Shown piece after piece: positions 17,789 to 27,083 of a stretch of 64,000 nt of DNA. The stretch comes from a bacterium (GTDB lineage Bacteria; Patescibacteriota; CPR2; UBA1875; JAJYID01), in the NCBI GenBank assembly GCA_030647205.1, contig JAUSJO010000002.1, positions 113,112 to 177,111 of the forward strand, read 5' to 3'. The notes beneath the pieces were generated by a model. It saw nothing but the letters and a program-made list of their open reading frames with translations, was not told where the DNA came from and did no database searches. The translations under genes were made by a program, and so were the position numbers. Positions within the stretch are counted from its first letter, which is position 1. Every line of letters begins with the position of its first letter.

Positions 17789-18799
17789 TCAAGATATTTT
17801 TTGCGGCTCTGAAAGTTTATCTTTTTTGCTTGCAATAGTATGATCCTGTTCTACCTCGAGATATATTTCTTTCACTTCGGGACAAACAGTTCTTATTTGA
17901 TGTTCCAGTTGATCAGTCAATAGGCCAATTTTTTTGATAACATGCTCGGTATACTGCTTCTGACTTTCTTTTAAATTTTGATCCATGTCTTCATAAACAA
18001 ACTCTTCCTTAAACTCTACATCCGAAACGACGACTACGTGATGAGGGCCAAATATAATGGTGCGAAGATCGTGATATTTCTCCACTGCCGGGTGGCTGAC
18101 AAAAATCGCTTCAACTTTCTTGTTTATTACTAAATGTGACTGGTCGGTCAGAAGCTCTTTATTTTTATTTACCAAGAAGATAGCTACAAAGCCAAGCAAA
18201 ATACCGATTACCACCGAAGCAATACCATCATACAAAGATGTGTGCAGTATATAAGATAATGTGACTCCAACTCCCGCAATAAGCAGACCCAAAACAGCGG
18301 CCATGTCCTCAAAGAAAACTGTAATGACGGCCGTTTCAGATGAGTCGTCAATGTATCTAAAAAGACTTGCCTTCCCTTTTGTTTTACGGAGGAATTTATA
18401 AGTAACAAGCAGTGTATATCCCTCGATCAAAATAGAAAGGACTATAACAAGCAAAGGCCACTGAATATGGGATATTTCTTCCGGATGAGTAATGGCATGA
18501 GCACCTCTTTGTATAGAAAGGACAGAACCAATGATCAAGATACCAAAGGCGGCTATCAAGCTCCAAAAGAAACGTTCTTTGCCAAAGCCGAACTGGTGTT
18601 CCTCGTCTGCGGGCCTTTCTGCTCGTTTTATCCCAAAAAGCAAAAAAAGCTGATTTGCAGTGTCGGCGACAGAGTGTAAACCTTCTGAAAACATAACTGC
18701 GGAGCCCGAAACGCCTGCAACAATAAATTTCAAAACCGCTACCATCAGGTTTCCGAAGAAGGCGAGAACTATTTGTTTTGTACTATGATCTTCCATCAA
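17789..18799 (-). CDS. cation diffusion facilitator family transporter
   Basis: Six TM segments, HSVADTANQ motif, C-terminal cytoplasmic domain. Confidence 0.85.
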   Translation of the reverse strand: MMEDHSTKQIVLAFFGNLMVAVLKFIVAGVSGSAVMFSEGLHSVADTANQLFLLFGIKRAERPADEEHQFGFGKERFFWSLIAAFGILIIGSVLSIQRGAHAITHPEEISHIQWPLLVIVLSILIEGYTLLVTYKFLRKTKGKASLFRYIDDSSETAVITVFFEDMAAVLGLLIAGVGVTLSYILHTSLYDGIASVVIGILLGFVAIFLVNKNKELLTDQSHLVINKKVEAIFVSHPAVEKYHDLRTIIFGPHHVVVVSDVEFKEEFVYEDMDQNLKESQKQYTEHVIKKIGLLTDQLEHQIRTVCPEVKEIYLEVEQDHTIASKKDKLSEPQKIS

Positions 18800-18900
18800 C
18801 TACTATTATAGACCATACGGTTAGTTTGACATAGTGGGGTTTGTGCTATATAACAGCATATAAAGTATAGGCTTGAGAGACATTTAAAGAGGAGACCACA

Positions 18901-19755
18901 ATGGCGGAACAAGAAAACCAGCCAATAGGCGAAGTTGCAGAAAATGAGGATATTGCCCAAACTGAACTTGCGAAATCAGCTGTTAATCTTACGGGTGAAC
19001 AGCCGAAAATAAGTGAAATCGATAAGAATGCAGCCAGAATTAGTGATCTGGTTGAAGAAGAGAATAGGATTAAAGCTGATACGAAAGTAGCAAAAGAGCA
19101 CCTCGCGGGAGATATGAGATCAATGAAAGAGGTGTCGATAGAAATTTCGGATGTTAGTGCGGAAGCGCTTATGATGAAGCAAGTTGTGGAGGAGTCACTT
19201 GAAAAACAAGGGCAAAATTCAGAGGATCAGCAAGAAGCTCTTGGAGTTCCAAACGAAGCAGGTGAAATAGAGGAACAGCAATCTGCAGTTTGGGGGGCAA
19301 AGCAACTACTCTTGGATATTCAACAAGGCGAAGAAGCGCTAAGGGAGGCCCGAGAGGAAGCAATGAATGAATGGATCCTATCGAGTATTGATTATTGTTT
19401 GAAGTGGGCACCGTGGAGAAAAGTTTTAGATAATTGCGAAAATCGCATCGACGCAGAGACTATGATCAAGAAAAAATTGGAACTTTATATCAGAAAAAAC
19501 ACAGGAGCATTTTTGGAGGGTGACTCTGAATACCTTCCGGGATGGGAAGGCCAAATGTCCACAAAAACAGTGGATACGCAAGAAGGTAAAAAAACGTGGG
19601 TTACAAAAATCGATTTTGTCCCCTATTCAGGGCCGTCCAGTGTTGAGGAAGAAGATCAGGGAGAAAATGAATCGTTCGGCAATAATACGGAAACAGGGAG
19701 TATCGAAGGTGTGGTTAATGGTGCCCAAGGTGAGGATATACCTGAAATAGCCTAG
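18901..19755 (+). CDS. acidic hypothetical protein
   Basis: 284 aa, Glu-rich. GAGGAG RBS. Confidence 0.45.
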   Translation: MAEQENQPIGEVAENEDIAQTELAKSAVNLTGEQPKISEIDKNAARISDLVEEENRIKADTKVAKEHLAGDMRSMKEVSIEISDVSAEALMMKQVVEESLEKQGQNSEDQQEALGVPNEAGEIEEQQSAVWGAKQLLLDIQQGEEALREAREEAMNEWILSSIDYCLKWAPWRKVLDNCENRIDAETMIKKKLELYIRKNTGAFLEGDSEYLPGWEGQMSTKTVDTQEGKKTWVTKIDFVPYSGPSSVEEEDQGENESFGNNTETGSIEGVVNGAQGEDIPEIA

Positions 19756-19896
19756 ACCTTAACCTGTACGTCTCTTCATGTGTGAGGTTTCTATTTGTGG
19801 TGATCTCTTGGACTTCATGTAAACCTATTTGGAGAAAGTTGACATGATAAATGATATGTCATAATATCTGATCATATCTAACTAAATGGAGGCAGG

Positions 19897-20670
19897 ATGT
19901 CTAAAAAAATTATTAAGCTAACCTTTGTATTTCTTGTAATTTGTATTTTTGTAAGTATGGCAGCAGTAGCTGTTAGAGCTGAAAATACTGAAGCACCAGA
20001 CGCTACAAACACTACCGAATTGAGCGGCGAGTCACAAAAGAAACAGGCAGAAAAACAAAGAGAGCAACTCAAAAAAGAGCAAGAAAAAGCCAAAGAAGAA
20101 AAGGTAAAGCTAAAAGAAAAACAGAAGAAGCTGGCAGAAGCCAAAAGAGAAGCGGCAAAGAAAATTGATGAAGTGATTAAAAAACTTCAAAAGATCAAAG
20201 AGAGAGTATCGAATATGCCGACTATCTCAAGTGATTTAAAAACACAACTAAACTCAAAAATTGATGATTGGGTAACTAAGCTTAATACTAGAAAAGCCGC
20301 AGTGAATGCCTCAACAACTAAAGAAGAACTAAAGGTGGCAATGGATGGGTTTAGGGCGGATGTTAAAGAAGCAAAGAGGGTTATCAAAGATATTGTGGAG
20401 TCTATCCACGAAACACATCTCCAGAAAGTTATTGCAAAGATAGAAGCCTTCATCCCTAAAGTTGAAGCAAAGGTAGCAGCTATTACTGACAACGCTAAAA
20501 AAACGGAGGCCACAGATCTTGTCAATGATGCGAAGGTTCAAATTACAAACGCAAAAACACTAAATGATGCTGGGAAAATAGAGGAAGCCAGAAAGGCGAT
20601 AAAAACTGCATATCGAGATCTTAAGAATGCATTAGAAATAGCAAATGAAAAGGAGGCTTCAGATGAATAG
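19897..20670 (+). CDS. secreted Lys/Glu-rich coiled-coil protein
   Basis: Signal peptide, then a long charged helical region. Confidence 0.45.
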   Translation: MSKKIIKLTFVFLVICIFVSMAAVAVRAENTEAPDATNTTELSGESQKKQAEKQREQLKKEQEKAKEEKVKLKEKQKKLAEAKREAAKKIDEVIKKLQKIKERVSNMPTISSDLKTQLNSKIDDWVTKLNTRKAAVNASTTKEELKVAMDGFRADVKEAKRVIKDIVESIHETHLQKVIAKIEAFIPKVEAKVAAITDNAKKTEATDLVNDAKVQITNAKTLNDAGKIEEARKAIKTAYRDLKNALEIANEKEASDE

Positions 20671-20944
20671 GGAAATTCAAATGACTCATACACTTAAAAT
20701 GTTGCTTGCAGTACTTACAACAGTTGTTATTTTGGGTGGTGGAGTCTTGGGCTGGGTCTACTACAATGATAGTTTGGCCACAAAACAAGCATCTAACACA
20801 GGAACTGTTTCGGTTAAAAAGGCAAGTGCAAGCCAGATTGAGCTAAATACTATCCAAGGCGAAATCCAGAAATCTGACGACATAGACATTTCAGACCTTG
20901 ATAATACCTCTGACCTGGACAAGATAGACCTAAGCGGAATTTAA
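20645..20944 (+). CDS. small membrane-anchored hypothetical protein
   Basis: 99 aa with one TM. Overlaps the upstream stop. Confidence 0.3.
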   Translation: MKRRLQMNREIQMTHTLKMLLAVLTTVVILGGGVLGWVYYNDSLATKQASNTGTVSVKKASASQIELNTIQGEIQKSDDIDISDLDNTSDLDKIDLSGI

Positions 20945-20955
20945 TCATCGCTAGA

Positions 20956-21522
20956 TCAGTCTTGTTTCATGTGGGCGATTTTTGCTCTTGCGGTTTTTGG
21001 GGTCTTAGCCATGGCAGCTATCTTTTTGCCGGCTTTGACCGAACTTGACCGAACTGTTATTTTATCTTTTTCGATTTTGATAATATCGTTGGCAGTTATT
21101 ATCAGATCTTGAGCAAGCATCTTAATCAAACTCGAAGAAACTACATAGAGTCTCTCTAACCGCATTCTTTTTAAGTCTATGCTCCAGTCACGAACTTTTC
21201 CCAGATGTCTTCCATCTTCATCTACAACCTTTGAGCCTGCAATCTCAATGTCTTTGTCGAGAACTTCTTTAATCCGTATTATTTCATCGGGAAGCGAAGC
21301 CGAGTCTATACTTCTGATCATAATAAAGTTTGTGCCCACTCCGGCTATATCCGAAGTATTTGCAATCATTATCTTGTTTTTGGCGTTAGAAACTTGAAAG
21401 GATATGCCAATGGCATCCCCGTTTTCGGGATTTATAATGACATCTTGCAGTGATCCCAAGATTGTGCGTTCTTCTCTTGTGATGATTGCAGTGCGTCCAA
21501 ACTCTGAAGCTAGTTTTTGCAT
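20956..21522 (-). CDS. PRC-barrel-like domain protein (two repeats)
   Basis: Two ~80-aa repeats with a PRC-barrel-like pattern. Low certainty. Confidence 0.4.
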   Translation of the reverse strand: MQKLASEFGRTAIITREERTILGSLQDVIINPENGDAIGISFQVSNAKNKIMIANTSDIAGVGTNFIMIRSIDSASLPDEIIRIKEVLDKDIEIAGSKVVDEDGRHLGKVRDWSIDLKRMRLERLYVVSSSLIKMLAQDLIITANDIIKIEKDKITVRSSSVKAGKKIAAMAKTPKTARAKIAHMKQD

Positions 21523-21645
21523 TTGACTTTTACCTTATTGTGCGCTATAATTTTATAGCAAAATTGAATTAATAACTAACATTCTATTTTTGCTCTTTAC
21601 TCTAGTAGAGAGCCCCGAAAGGGTCCGTGGAAAGGAATTTTTTTA

Positions 21646-22140
21646 ATGAAAAAATACGAAATCGTCTATATTATACACCCAGATCTTGAAGGAAGTACGG
21701 CTAAAATTACAGAGAAGGTCAAGGCTTCACTGGAAAAATCCGGTGGAAAAGTGTTAAATGAAGAGAGTTGGGGAAAGAAAAAGCTAGCCTATGAAATAGG
21801 AAAAAATGCTTTTGGTATCTATGAATTCCTGCTCGTAGAGATGGAACCGGCTTCTGTTAAAGAAATAGAGCGAACTCTTCGTTTATCAGAAGAGGTTGTA
21901 AGATCACTGGTTTCTCATGCTGAAGAAATAGTTGAGTCAAAAAGAGAGCCGAAAAAGGCCGTGAAAAAAACTGAGACAAAACCTAAAGAAGCAACCGTGA
22001 AAGAAGGAAAAGAAACGGTTAAAGAGGAAGTCAAGGAAACTAAAAAAACAAAAGCCGAAAAAGAAAAAGAAGAGAAGGAAAGACAAAAAGAATTGGACGA
22101 AAAATTACAAGCAATAATAGGACCTGACACAGAGTCCTAA
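21646..22140 (+). CDS. rpsF: 30S ribosomal protein S6 with Lys/Glu-rich C-terminal extension
   Basis: N-terminal YEIVYIIHPDLE...LAYEI S6 signature. Confidence 0.9.
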   Translation: MKKYEIVYIIHPDLEGSTAKITEKVKASLEKSGGKVLNEESWGKKKLAYEIGKNAFGIYEFLLVEMEPASVKEIERTLRLSEEVVRSLVSHAEEIVESKREPKKAVKKTETKPKEATVKEGKETVKEEVKETKKTKAEKEKEEKERQKELDEKLQAIIGPDTES

Positions 22141-22154
22141 AAAAGGAGAGAGCC

Positions 22155-22613
22155 ATGCAAAATGTAAACTTGGCAATTGTAATGGGAAACTTAACACGTG
22201 ATCCGGAACTCCGGTACACACCAAACGGCCAACCGGTAACTTCGTTTGGAGTCGCAACAAACCGTTCATGGAAGGATGCAAACGGCGACAAAAAAGATGA
22301 AGTAGAGTTCCATGAAGTAGTTGTTTGGGGCAAACTGGCAGAACTTTGCAGCCAGTACCTGACAAAAGGCAGAAAAGTGCATGTTATGGGACGGCTTCAA
22401 ACCAGAAGTTGGGAAGGTCAAGACGGAGCAAAGAGACAAAAAACTGAGATCGTGGCGCAAGATATCGCCTTTGTTGACTCCAGAAGAGATGGCGGAGATT
22501 TCCCGTCCGATGACTCAGATGTAAAAGCCCCGGCAAAGAAAAACGATAAAGCAAAACCAAAAAAGGAAGATAAAGAGGAAGAGGAGATAAACATCGATGA
22601 CATACCGTTCTAA
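22155..22613 (+). CDS. ssb: single-stranded DNA-binding protein
   Basis: OB fold NLAIVMGNLTRDPELRYTPNG, acidic C-terminal tail DDIPF. Confidence 0.9.
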   Translation: MQNVNLAIVMGNLTRDPELRYTPNGQPVTSFGVATNRSWKDANGDKKDEVEFHEVVVWGKLAELCSQYLTKGRKVHVMGRLQTRSWEGQDGAKRQKTEIVAQDIAFVDSRRDGGDFPSDDSDVKAPAKKNDKAKPKKEDKEEEEINIDDIPF

Positions 22614-22839
22614 AGAAAAACCAGCAATGTATGTACCAAGAAAAGGATGCAGATTTTGCATTGATAAAGATTTGACCATTGACTACAAAGACGTCAAAGG
22701 GCTCCAAAAGTTCATATCAAACTACGGGAGAATTGAGTCCAGGAAGAGAACCGGCAACTGTGTGAAACATCAGCGAAAAGTAGCGCTTGCGATAAAAAGA
22801 GCTCGAATTTTGGCACTACTTCCATACGTTAACAAGTAA
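22597..22839 (+). CDS. rpsR: 30S ribosomal protein S18
   Basis: CRFC...IDYKDV...ISNYGRI...RTGNCVKHQRKVALAIKRAR. Start may be the internal Met at 22630. Confidence 0.85.
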   Translation: MTYRSKEKPAMYVPRKGCRFCIDKDLTIDYKDVKGLQKFISNYGRIESRKRTGNCVKHQRKVALAIKRARILALLPYVNK

Positions 22840-22848
22840 GGTTTCCAT

Positions 22849-23409
22849 ATGTATGATATCTCGGATCTAAAAGTCGGCACTGTTTTTGAATATGAAAAAG
22901 AACCATATGTAGTGGTTGAATCACAGCATACAAAAATGGGCCGTGGTGGAGCAATCCTTCGAGTTAAAATAAAGAATCTTGTTTCTGGGGCTACGCTGGG
23001 GACGACTTTCAGAAGCAGTGATAAGTTCTCTCCAGTAAATATTGAGAGAAAAAAAGCTCAGTTTTTATATTCTGAAGGGGCAAACTACTTCTTTATGGAT
23101 CAGACTTCTTATGAGCAACTTTCTTTGGGAAGCGAGTTTGTTGGTACTGCAAATAATTATCTGCTTGAAGGAGAGGTTTACCAGTTGCAGGTTTATGATG
23201 GAAGGCCAATAAGCATTGATTTACCCATCAAAATGGAATTTCTTGTGACTGAGGCTGAAAAAGGGCTAAAAGGAGATACCGCATCTGCTGCAACCAAGCC
23301 TATAAAAATTGAAACAGGACTATCTGTAAATGTTCCTCTATTTATAAAGAATGGCGATAAGATCCGAGTTGATACCCGTGATGGCTCTTATGTAGAAAGA
23401 GCAAAGTAG
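22849..23409 (+). CDS. efp: elongation factor P
   Basis: KVGTVFEYEKEPYVVV...KMGRGGA EF-P signature, 186 aa. Confidence 0.9.
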   Translation: MYDISDLKVGTVFEYEKEPYVVVESQHTKMGRGGAILRVKIKNLVSGATLGTTFRSSDKFSPVNIERKKAQFLYSEGANYFFMDQTSYEQLSLGSEFVGTANNYLLEGEVYQLQVYDGRPISIDLPIKMEFLVTEAEKGLKGDTASAATKPIKIETGLSVNVPLFIKNGDKIRVDTRDGSYVERAK

Positions 23410-23428
23410 CCTTTTTCTCATCATCCTG

Positions 23429-23488
23429 GTCATTCGACTCTGAGTTGAGCTCATCGCTCAGGCTCAAAGAGCGGAGGCGGAAATCCAG
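23429..23488 (+). repeat. GTCATTC-type composite hairpin repeat
   Basis: GTCATTCGACTCTGAG...CTCAG...GAGCGGAGGCGGAAATCCAG, immediately upstream of repeat copy 2. Confidence 0.5.
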
Positions 23489-23495
23489 TTCTTTA

Positions 23496-23708
23496 AATAA
23501 TTTCCACTTTTTTAGAAAAAGTGGAGTAAAAATCGCGGCTTAGACGGCATCTTAAAGTGTTGGACTTCAATTTGCTTCAGGTTTGAAAAACCGGACTCCT
23601 TCCAGTCGGCCTAAAGGCTAATCGGTCTTTTCAAATCCTCATCAAATTTCATCCTCGCTTTTCGATCCGATAGCCGCAAAAGACTTCCTTTGAAAAAATC
23701 ATGCCGGA
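23496..23708 (+). repeat. ~200-bp intergenic repeat element, copy 2
   Basis: Near-identical to copy 1 across ~210 bp. Confidence 0.85.
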
Positions 23709-23760
23709 CGGGAGAGTGTTGTAGGTAGCAATTTACTACTAAATTGGTTAGTATCAAGTT

Positions 23761-24516
23761 ATGAAGAAACGGATCGACATTTTATTAACAGAAAAGGGAT
23801 TAGCCGAGAGTCGGACGAAGGCCCAGGCTTTTTTAATGAGTGGCCAGGTTGAGGTCGATGGGAGAAAAATAGACAAAGCCGGAACACTTGTTGATGATGA
23901 CTCCGAGATCAAGATCAAAGAAAGATTTCCATATGTTTCACGAGGAGCGCTAAAAATCCAAAAGGCTTATCAAGAATTTGGACTAGACTTTAAAGATATG
24001 GTGATTTGCGATATTGGTTCTTCAACAGGAGGATTCACTGATTTTGCACTTCAAAATGGGGCGAAGAAAGTTTTCGCCATCGATGTTGGCTACGGTCAGC
24101 TTGATCAAAAGCTTCGTGAAGATTCTCGGGTAGTTGTGATGGAAAAAACGAATTTTCGAGACATTGATGAGTTACCCGAGAAAATTGACCTCTTTGTCTG
24201 TGACGTATCTTTTATTTCACTTAAAAAAATTATCCTAAAAATTAAAGAGATTGTAGATTATAAAACACAGTGTGTTTTGCTTATAAAGCCTCAGTTTGAG
24301 GTGGGCAAAGAGGTCGCCGATAAATGCAAAGGTGTCATAAAAGACGAGGAAGTTCAGCGAGGAGTTGTAGAGGAGATTGCCAGATTCGCTGAAGACAATG
24401 GATTTCAGGTAAAGGGACTGACGGAGTCACCGATTACCGGTGCAAAGGGGAATAAAGAGTTTCTGATTTGGCTAACCCTCTCTTGTCATTCTGAACTTGA
24501 TTCAGAATCCAGATAA
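23761..24516 (+). CDS. tlyA: TlyA family rRNA 2'-O-methyltransferase
   Basis: S4 domain followed by an FtsJ-like methyltransferase (DIGSSTGGFTD). The last 9 codons are encoded by a hairpin repeat. Confidence 0.85.
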   Translation: MKKRIDILLTEKGLAESRTKAQAFLMSGQVEVDGRKIDKAGTLVDDDSEIKIKERFPYVSRGALKIQKAYQEFGLDFKDMVICDIGSSTGGFTDFALQNGAKKVFAIDVGYGQLDQKLREDSRVVVMEKTNFRDIDELPEKIDLFVCDVSFISLKKIILKIKEIVDYKTQCVLLIKPQFEVGKEVADKCKGVIKDEEVQRGVVEEIARFAEDNGFQVKGLTESPITGAKGNKEFLIWLTLSCHSELDSESR

Positions 24517-24836
24517 ATAAATTCCATGAATTCATATTATGTTTACATCACTGCGAGCCAAAGAAATGGAACGCTATATACCGGCGTAACCAATAACTTA
24601 ATGAAAAGAATCTATGAGCATAAAAACGCCAAGCCCGAAACCTTTACAGGTAAATACCTTACTAACAGATTGGTTTATTTTGAGGAAACAGCCAGTATTG
24701 AAGAAGCAATCAAAAGAGAAAAACAGATAAAAAACTGGAAGCGTAAATGGAAATTAGATTTGATTGAGGAAAATAATCCAGAATGGGAAGATCTTTATGA
24801 TAAGTTCCTGGATTCTGAATCAAGTTCAGAATGACA
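24486..24836 (+). mobile_element. second GIY-YIG cassette bounded by inverted hairpin repeats
   Basis: GTCATTCTGAACTTGATTCAGAATCC at 24486-24512 and its exact reverse complement at 24810-24836. A decayed extra copy lies at 24903-24921. Confidence 0.5.
24526..24834 (+). CDS. GIY-YIG nuclease family protein (paralogue, ~60% identical to 16663-16950)
   Basis: YYVYITASQRNGTLYTGVTNNLMKRIYEHKN motif. C-terminal DSESSSE encoded by the hairpin. Confidence 0.85.
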   Translation: MNSYYVYITASQRNGTLYTGVTNNLMKRIYEHKNAKPETFTGKYLTNRLVYFEETASIEEAIKREKQIKNWKRKWKLDLIEENNPEWEDLYDKFLDSESSSE

Positions 24837-24921
24837 AAACTAGTGAGAAAATGATTTTCTTTAGTGCTATCTCTGAACTGATCGAGGGAGATCTTATTTT
24901 ATGAGTTCAGAATGACAAGGG

Positions 24922-26010
24922 TTAAACATTAAACTTAAAAATCATCACATCGCCGTTTTGGACGGTGTAATCTTTGCCTTCCAGCCGAACCTTTCCTGCT
25001 GACTTTGCGCCGGTCCAGCCATTGCCAGTAACCAAATCTTTCCACGAAACGGTTTCGGCTTTGATAAACCCCTTTTCGAAATCCGTATGTATGACGCCGG
25101 CAGCTTGGGGCGCTTTGTCTCCGATGTGGATAGTCCATGCCTTGATCTCTTTTTCTCCGGCAGTGAAATAAGTTTGAAGGCCTAAAAGTTCAAAACCTTT
25201 CTTGATCAGCTGATTGAGCCCGGTTTCTGTCTGTCCGAGTTCTGCCAAATATTCCTTCTTCTCTTCATTTGACAGCTCATTTAGCTCTGACTCTATTTTC
25301 GCTGATATAAGAACATAGTCTGAAGACTTAATGTTGTAACTCTCGATAGTTTTTTCCAGCTCTGATTTATTAGACAGATGTTCTTCATCAATATTAAAAA
25401 TATAAATGTGTGGTTTTAGTGTAAGTAAGCTTAGATCTTTAATTTGCTCCGTTTCCTTTTCAGTTAGTCCCAGCTCTCTTGCCGCTTTTCCTTCTTCCAT
25501 TTCTTTCTGAATTTTTTGGACTAAGTCCAGGTCTGCTTTCAACTTAGGATTGCCCTTTGCGTCTTTTGTAAGTTTAGCTACCCTTTTTCCTACCGTTTCC
25601 AGGTCTGCAAGTATGAGTTCCATTTTGATGATGTCTATATCGGAAACAGGATTTAAGTCGCCGGAAACGTGAGTAACATTTTTATCAGTAAAAACCCGTA
25701 CTACTTCAGCTATAGCATCGCACTCGCGGATATTGGCCAAGAATTTATTGCCTAGTCCTTCCCCGCAGCTAGCGCCTTTCACTATCCCCGCGATGTCAAT
25801 AAACTCTACAATTGCCGGGACTATTTTTTGTGTTGGGATGACCTCAGCTAGCTTTTGTAAACGTTCATCAGGAACCTCCACGACACCGACATTTGGGTCG
25901 ATAGTGCAAAAAGGGTAATTCGAAGCTTCTGCCTTGTTTCTTGTTAAAGCATTAAAAAGCGTACTTTTGCCGACATTCGGCAGTCCAACTATTCCGATGG
26001 ATAATCCCAT
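24922..26010 (-). CDS. ychF: ribosome-binding ATPase YchF (Obg-like)
   Basis: [19 protein letters not shown]1 motif, TGS C-terminal domain. Confidence 0.9.
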   Translation of the reverse strand: MGLSIGIVGLPNVGKSTLFNALTRNKAEASNYPFCTIDPNVGVVEVPDERLQKLAEVIPTQKIVPAIVEFIDIAGIVKGASCGEGLGNKFLANIRECDAIAEVVRVFTDKNVTHVSGDLNPVSDIDIIKMELILADLETVGKRVAKLTKDAKGNPKLKADLDLVQKIQKEMEEGKAARELGLTEKETEQIKDLSLLTLKPHIYIFNIDEEHLSNKSELEKTIESYNIKSSDYVLISAKIESELNELSNEEKKEYLAELGQTETGLNQLIKKGFELLGLQTYFTAGEKEIKAWTIHIGDKAPQAAGVIHTDFEKGFIKAETVSWKDLVTGNGWTGAKSAGKVRLEGKDYTVQNGDVMIFKFNV

Positions 26011-26254
26011 ATCTTTTCCTTTATTAACTCACATATTTTAGCACAAACCGGTCTAATTATGAATATAATACTGGCACTAAGCAAAAAAACTATTGCTAAA
26101 TTATTTCTTATGTTATATAATAACCAGCATGGAGGGATACCCAGAAGTATTGGGTGAACCTTTTTTAATGCAAAGATGTTAGTTTCCTTTATAACCGTCC
26201 ATTGGGCGTGAAGACAACCGTAAATCAGTCAAGTCAGTCAAGGAGGAAAAGGAA

Positions 26255-26902
26255 ATGAAGAAGATCTTAGTGTGTTTCATGTTAGTGTTTGTGGCGCTGC
26301 TGGTTATCGTACCGGTAGCGTGGTCAGTATCTGTCCATGATTCGGTTTATGATCCGCCGGTGGATCCTTGCGCGGGAAAGTCTCTCGCTGCAAGCTTGAG
26401 TTCCACATCAGGACCGGCTCCGGCCACCCTGACCGTGACAGCCACTATGGGTGGGGGTACATTCATTCCCCCGGCGGTTTTCATCGATGGAACGCAGGAC
26501 ACCGGCGTTATGTGGGATGATCCGGCGGCAGAGACCATGCATGCGCAGATCACAATCCCAGCAGGTGCTTCAGTCGGAGTACATACGGTGAATCTTGAGG
26601 CCTCTGACATGGACTCCTCCTGTACGTACACTGCACCATTGACTTATGAGGTGACCGGCAGTGCGGCAGTAGTGACAGATCCGGTTACGCAACCGATATC
26701 TACTCCAGAAACCGGAGCGGCAGCAACTGTCTACTCGGCTTCAGCACCTGCTGCAACTACTGTTGCTATGGCACCTGGTGGTGGCGTAAAGACTATGCCC
26801 AATACGGGCGCGGAAATGATTCCGCTAGGTCTTCTCGGCAGTGGAATCAGCGGTCTCGGCATAGGCTTACGTTGTTTAGCAGGAAGGCGTAAGCAGCATT
26901 GA
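26255..26902 (+). CDS. GC-rich secreted protein with sortase-like C-terminal anchor (MPNTG + TM + RRKQH)
   Basis: Signal peptide. Thr/Ala/Pro-rich. C-terminal KTMPNTG followed by a hydrophobic stretch and a basic tail. GC ~55% against ~38% in the flanks. Confidence 0.5.
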   Translation: MKKILVCFMLVFVALLVIVPVAWSVSVHDSVYDPPVDPCAGKSLAASLSSTSGPAPATLTVTATMGGGTFIPPAVFIDGTQDTGVMWDDPAAETMHAQITIPAGASVGVHTVNLEASDMDSSCTYTAPLTYEVTGSAAVVTDPVTQPISTPETGAAATVYSASAPAATTVAMAPGGGVKTMPNTGAEMIPLGLLGSGISGLGIGLRCLAGRRKQH

Positions 26903-26919
26903 GCCAGTAACAATGGCAC

Positions 26920-26965
26920 TTAAGTGCGGGAGCTCCCCTTGGGAGCACCCGCACTTTTTCTTTTT
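26920..26965 (+). terminator. rho-independent terminator
   Basis: GTGCGGGAGCTCC...GGGAGCACCCGCAC followed by TTTTTCTTTTT. Confidence 0.65.
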
Positions 26966-27083
26966 CAGGGAAGGATTTTTAGAAAAATTTATTTCTTTAA
27001 TTTAAATAAAAAAACTTGACACCTATTCCTCTTTTGCTGTTAAATTGATTTTAGGAAAATAGGTTTTATAAAAAGGAGGGAAA

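Noticed and set aside
21915-22140. Lys/Glu-rich periodic repeats at the 3' end of rpsF, and similar low-complexity DNA in 19897-20670, considered as possible CRISPR or tandem repeats
   Set aside because: No spacer/repeat periodicity with conserved direct repeats exists. They are in-frame charged low-complexity coding sequence. No CRISPR array was found anywhere in the window.
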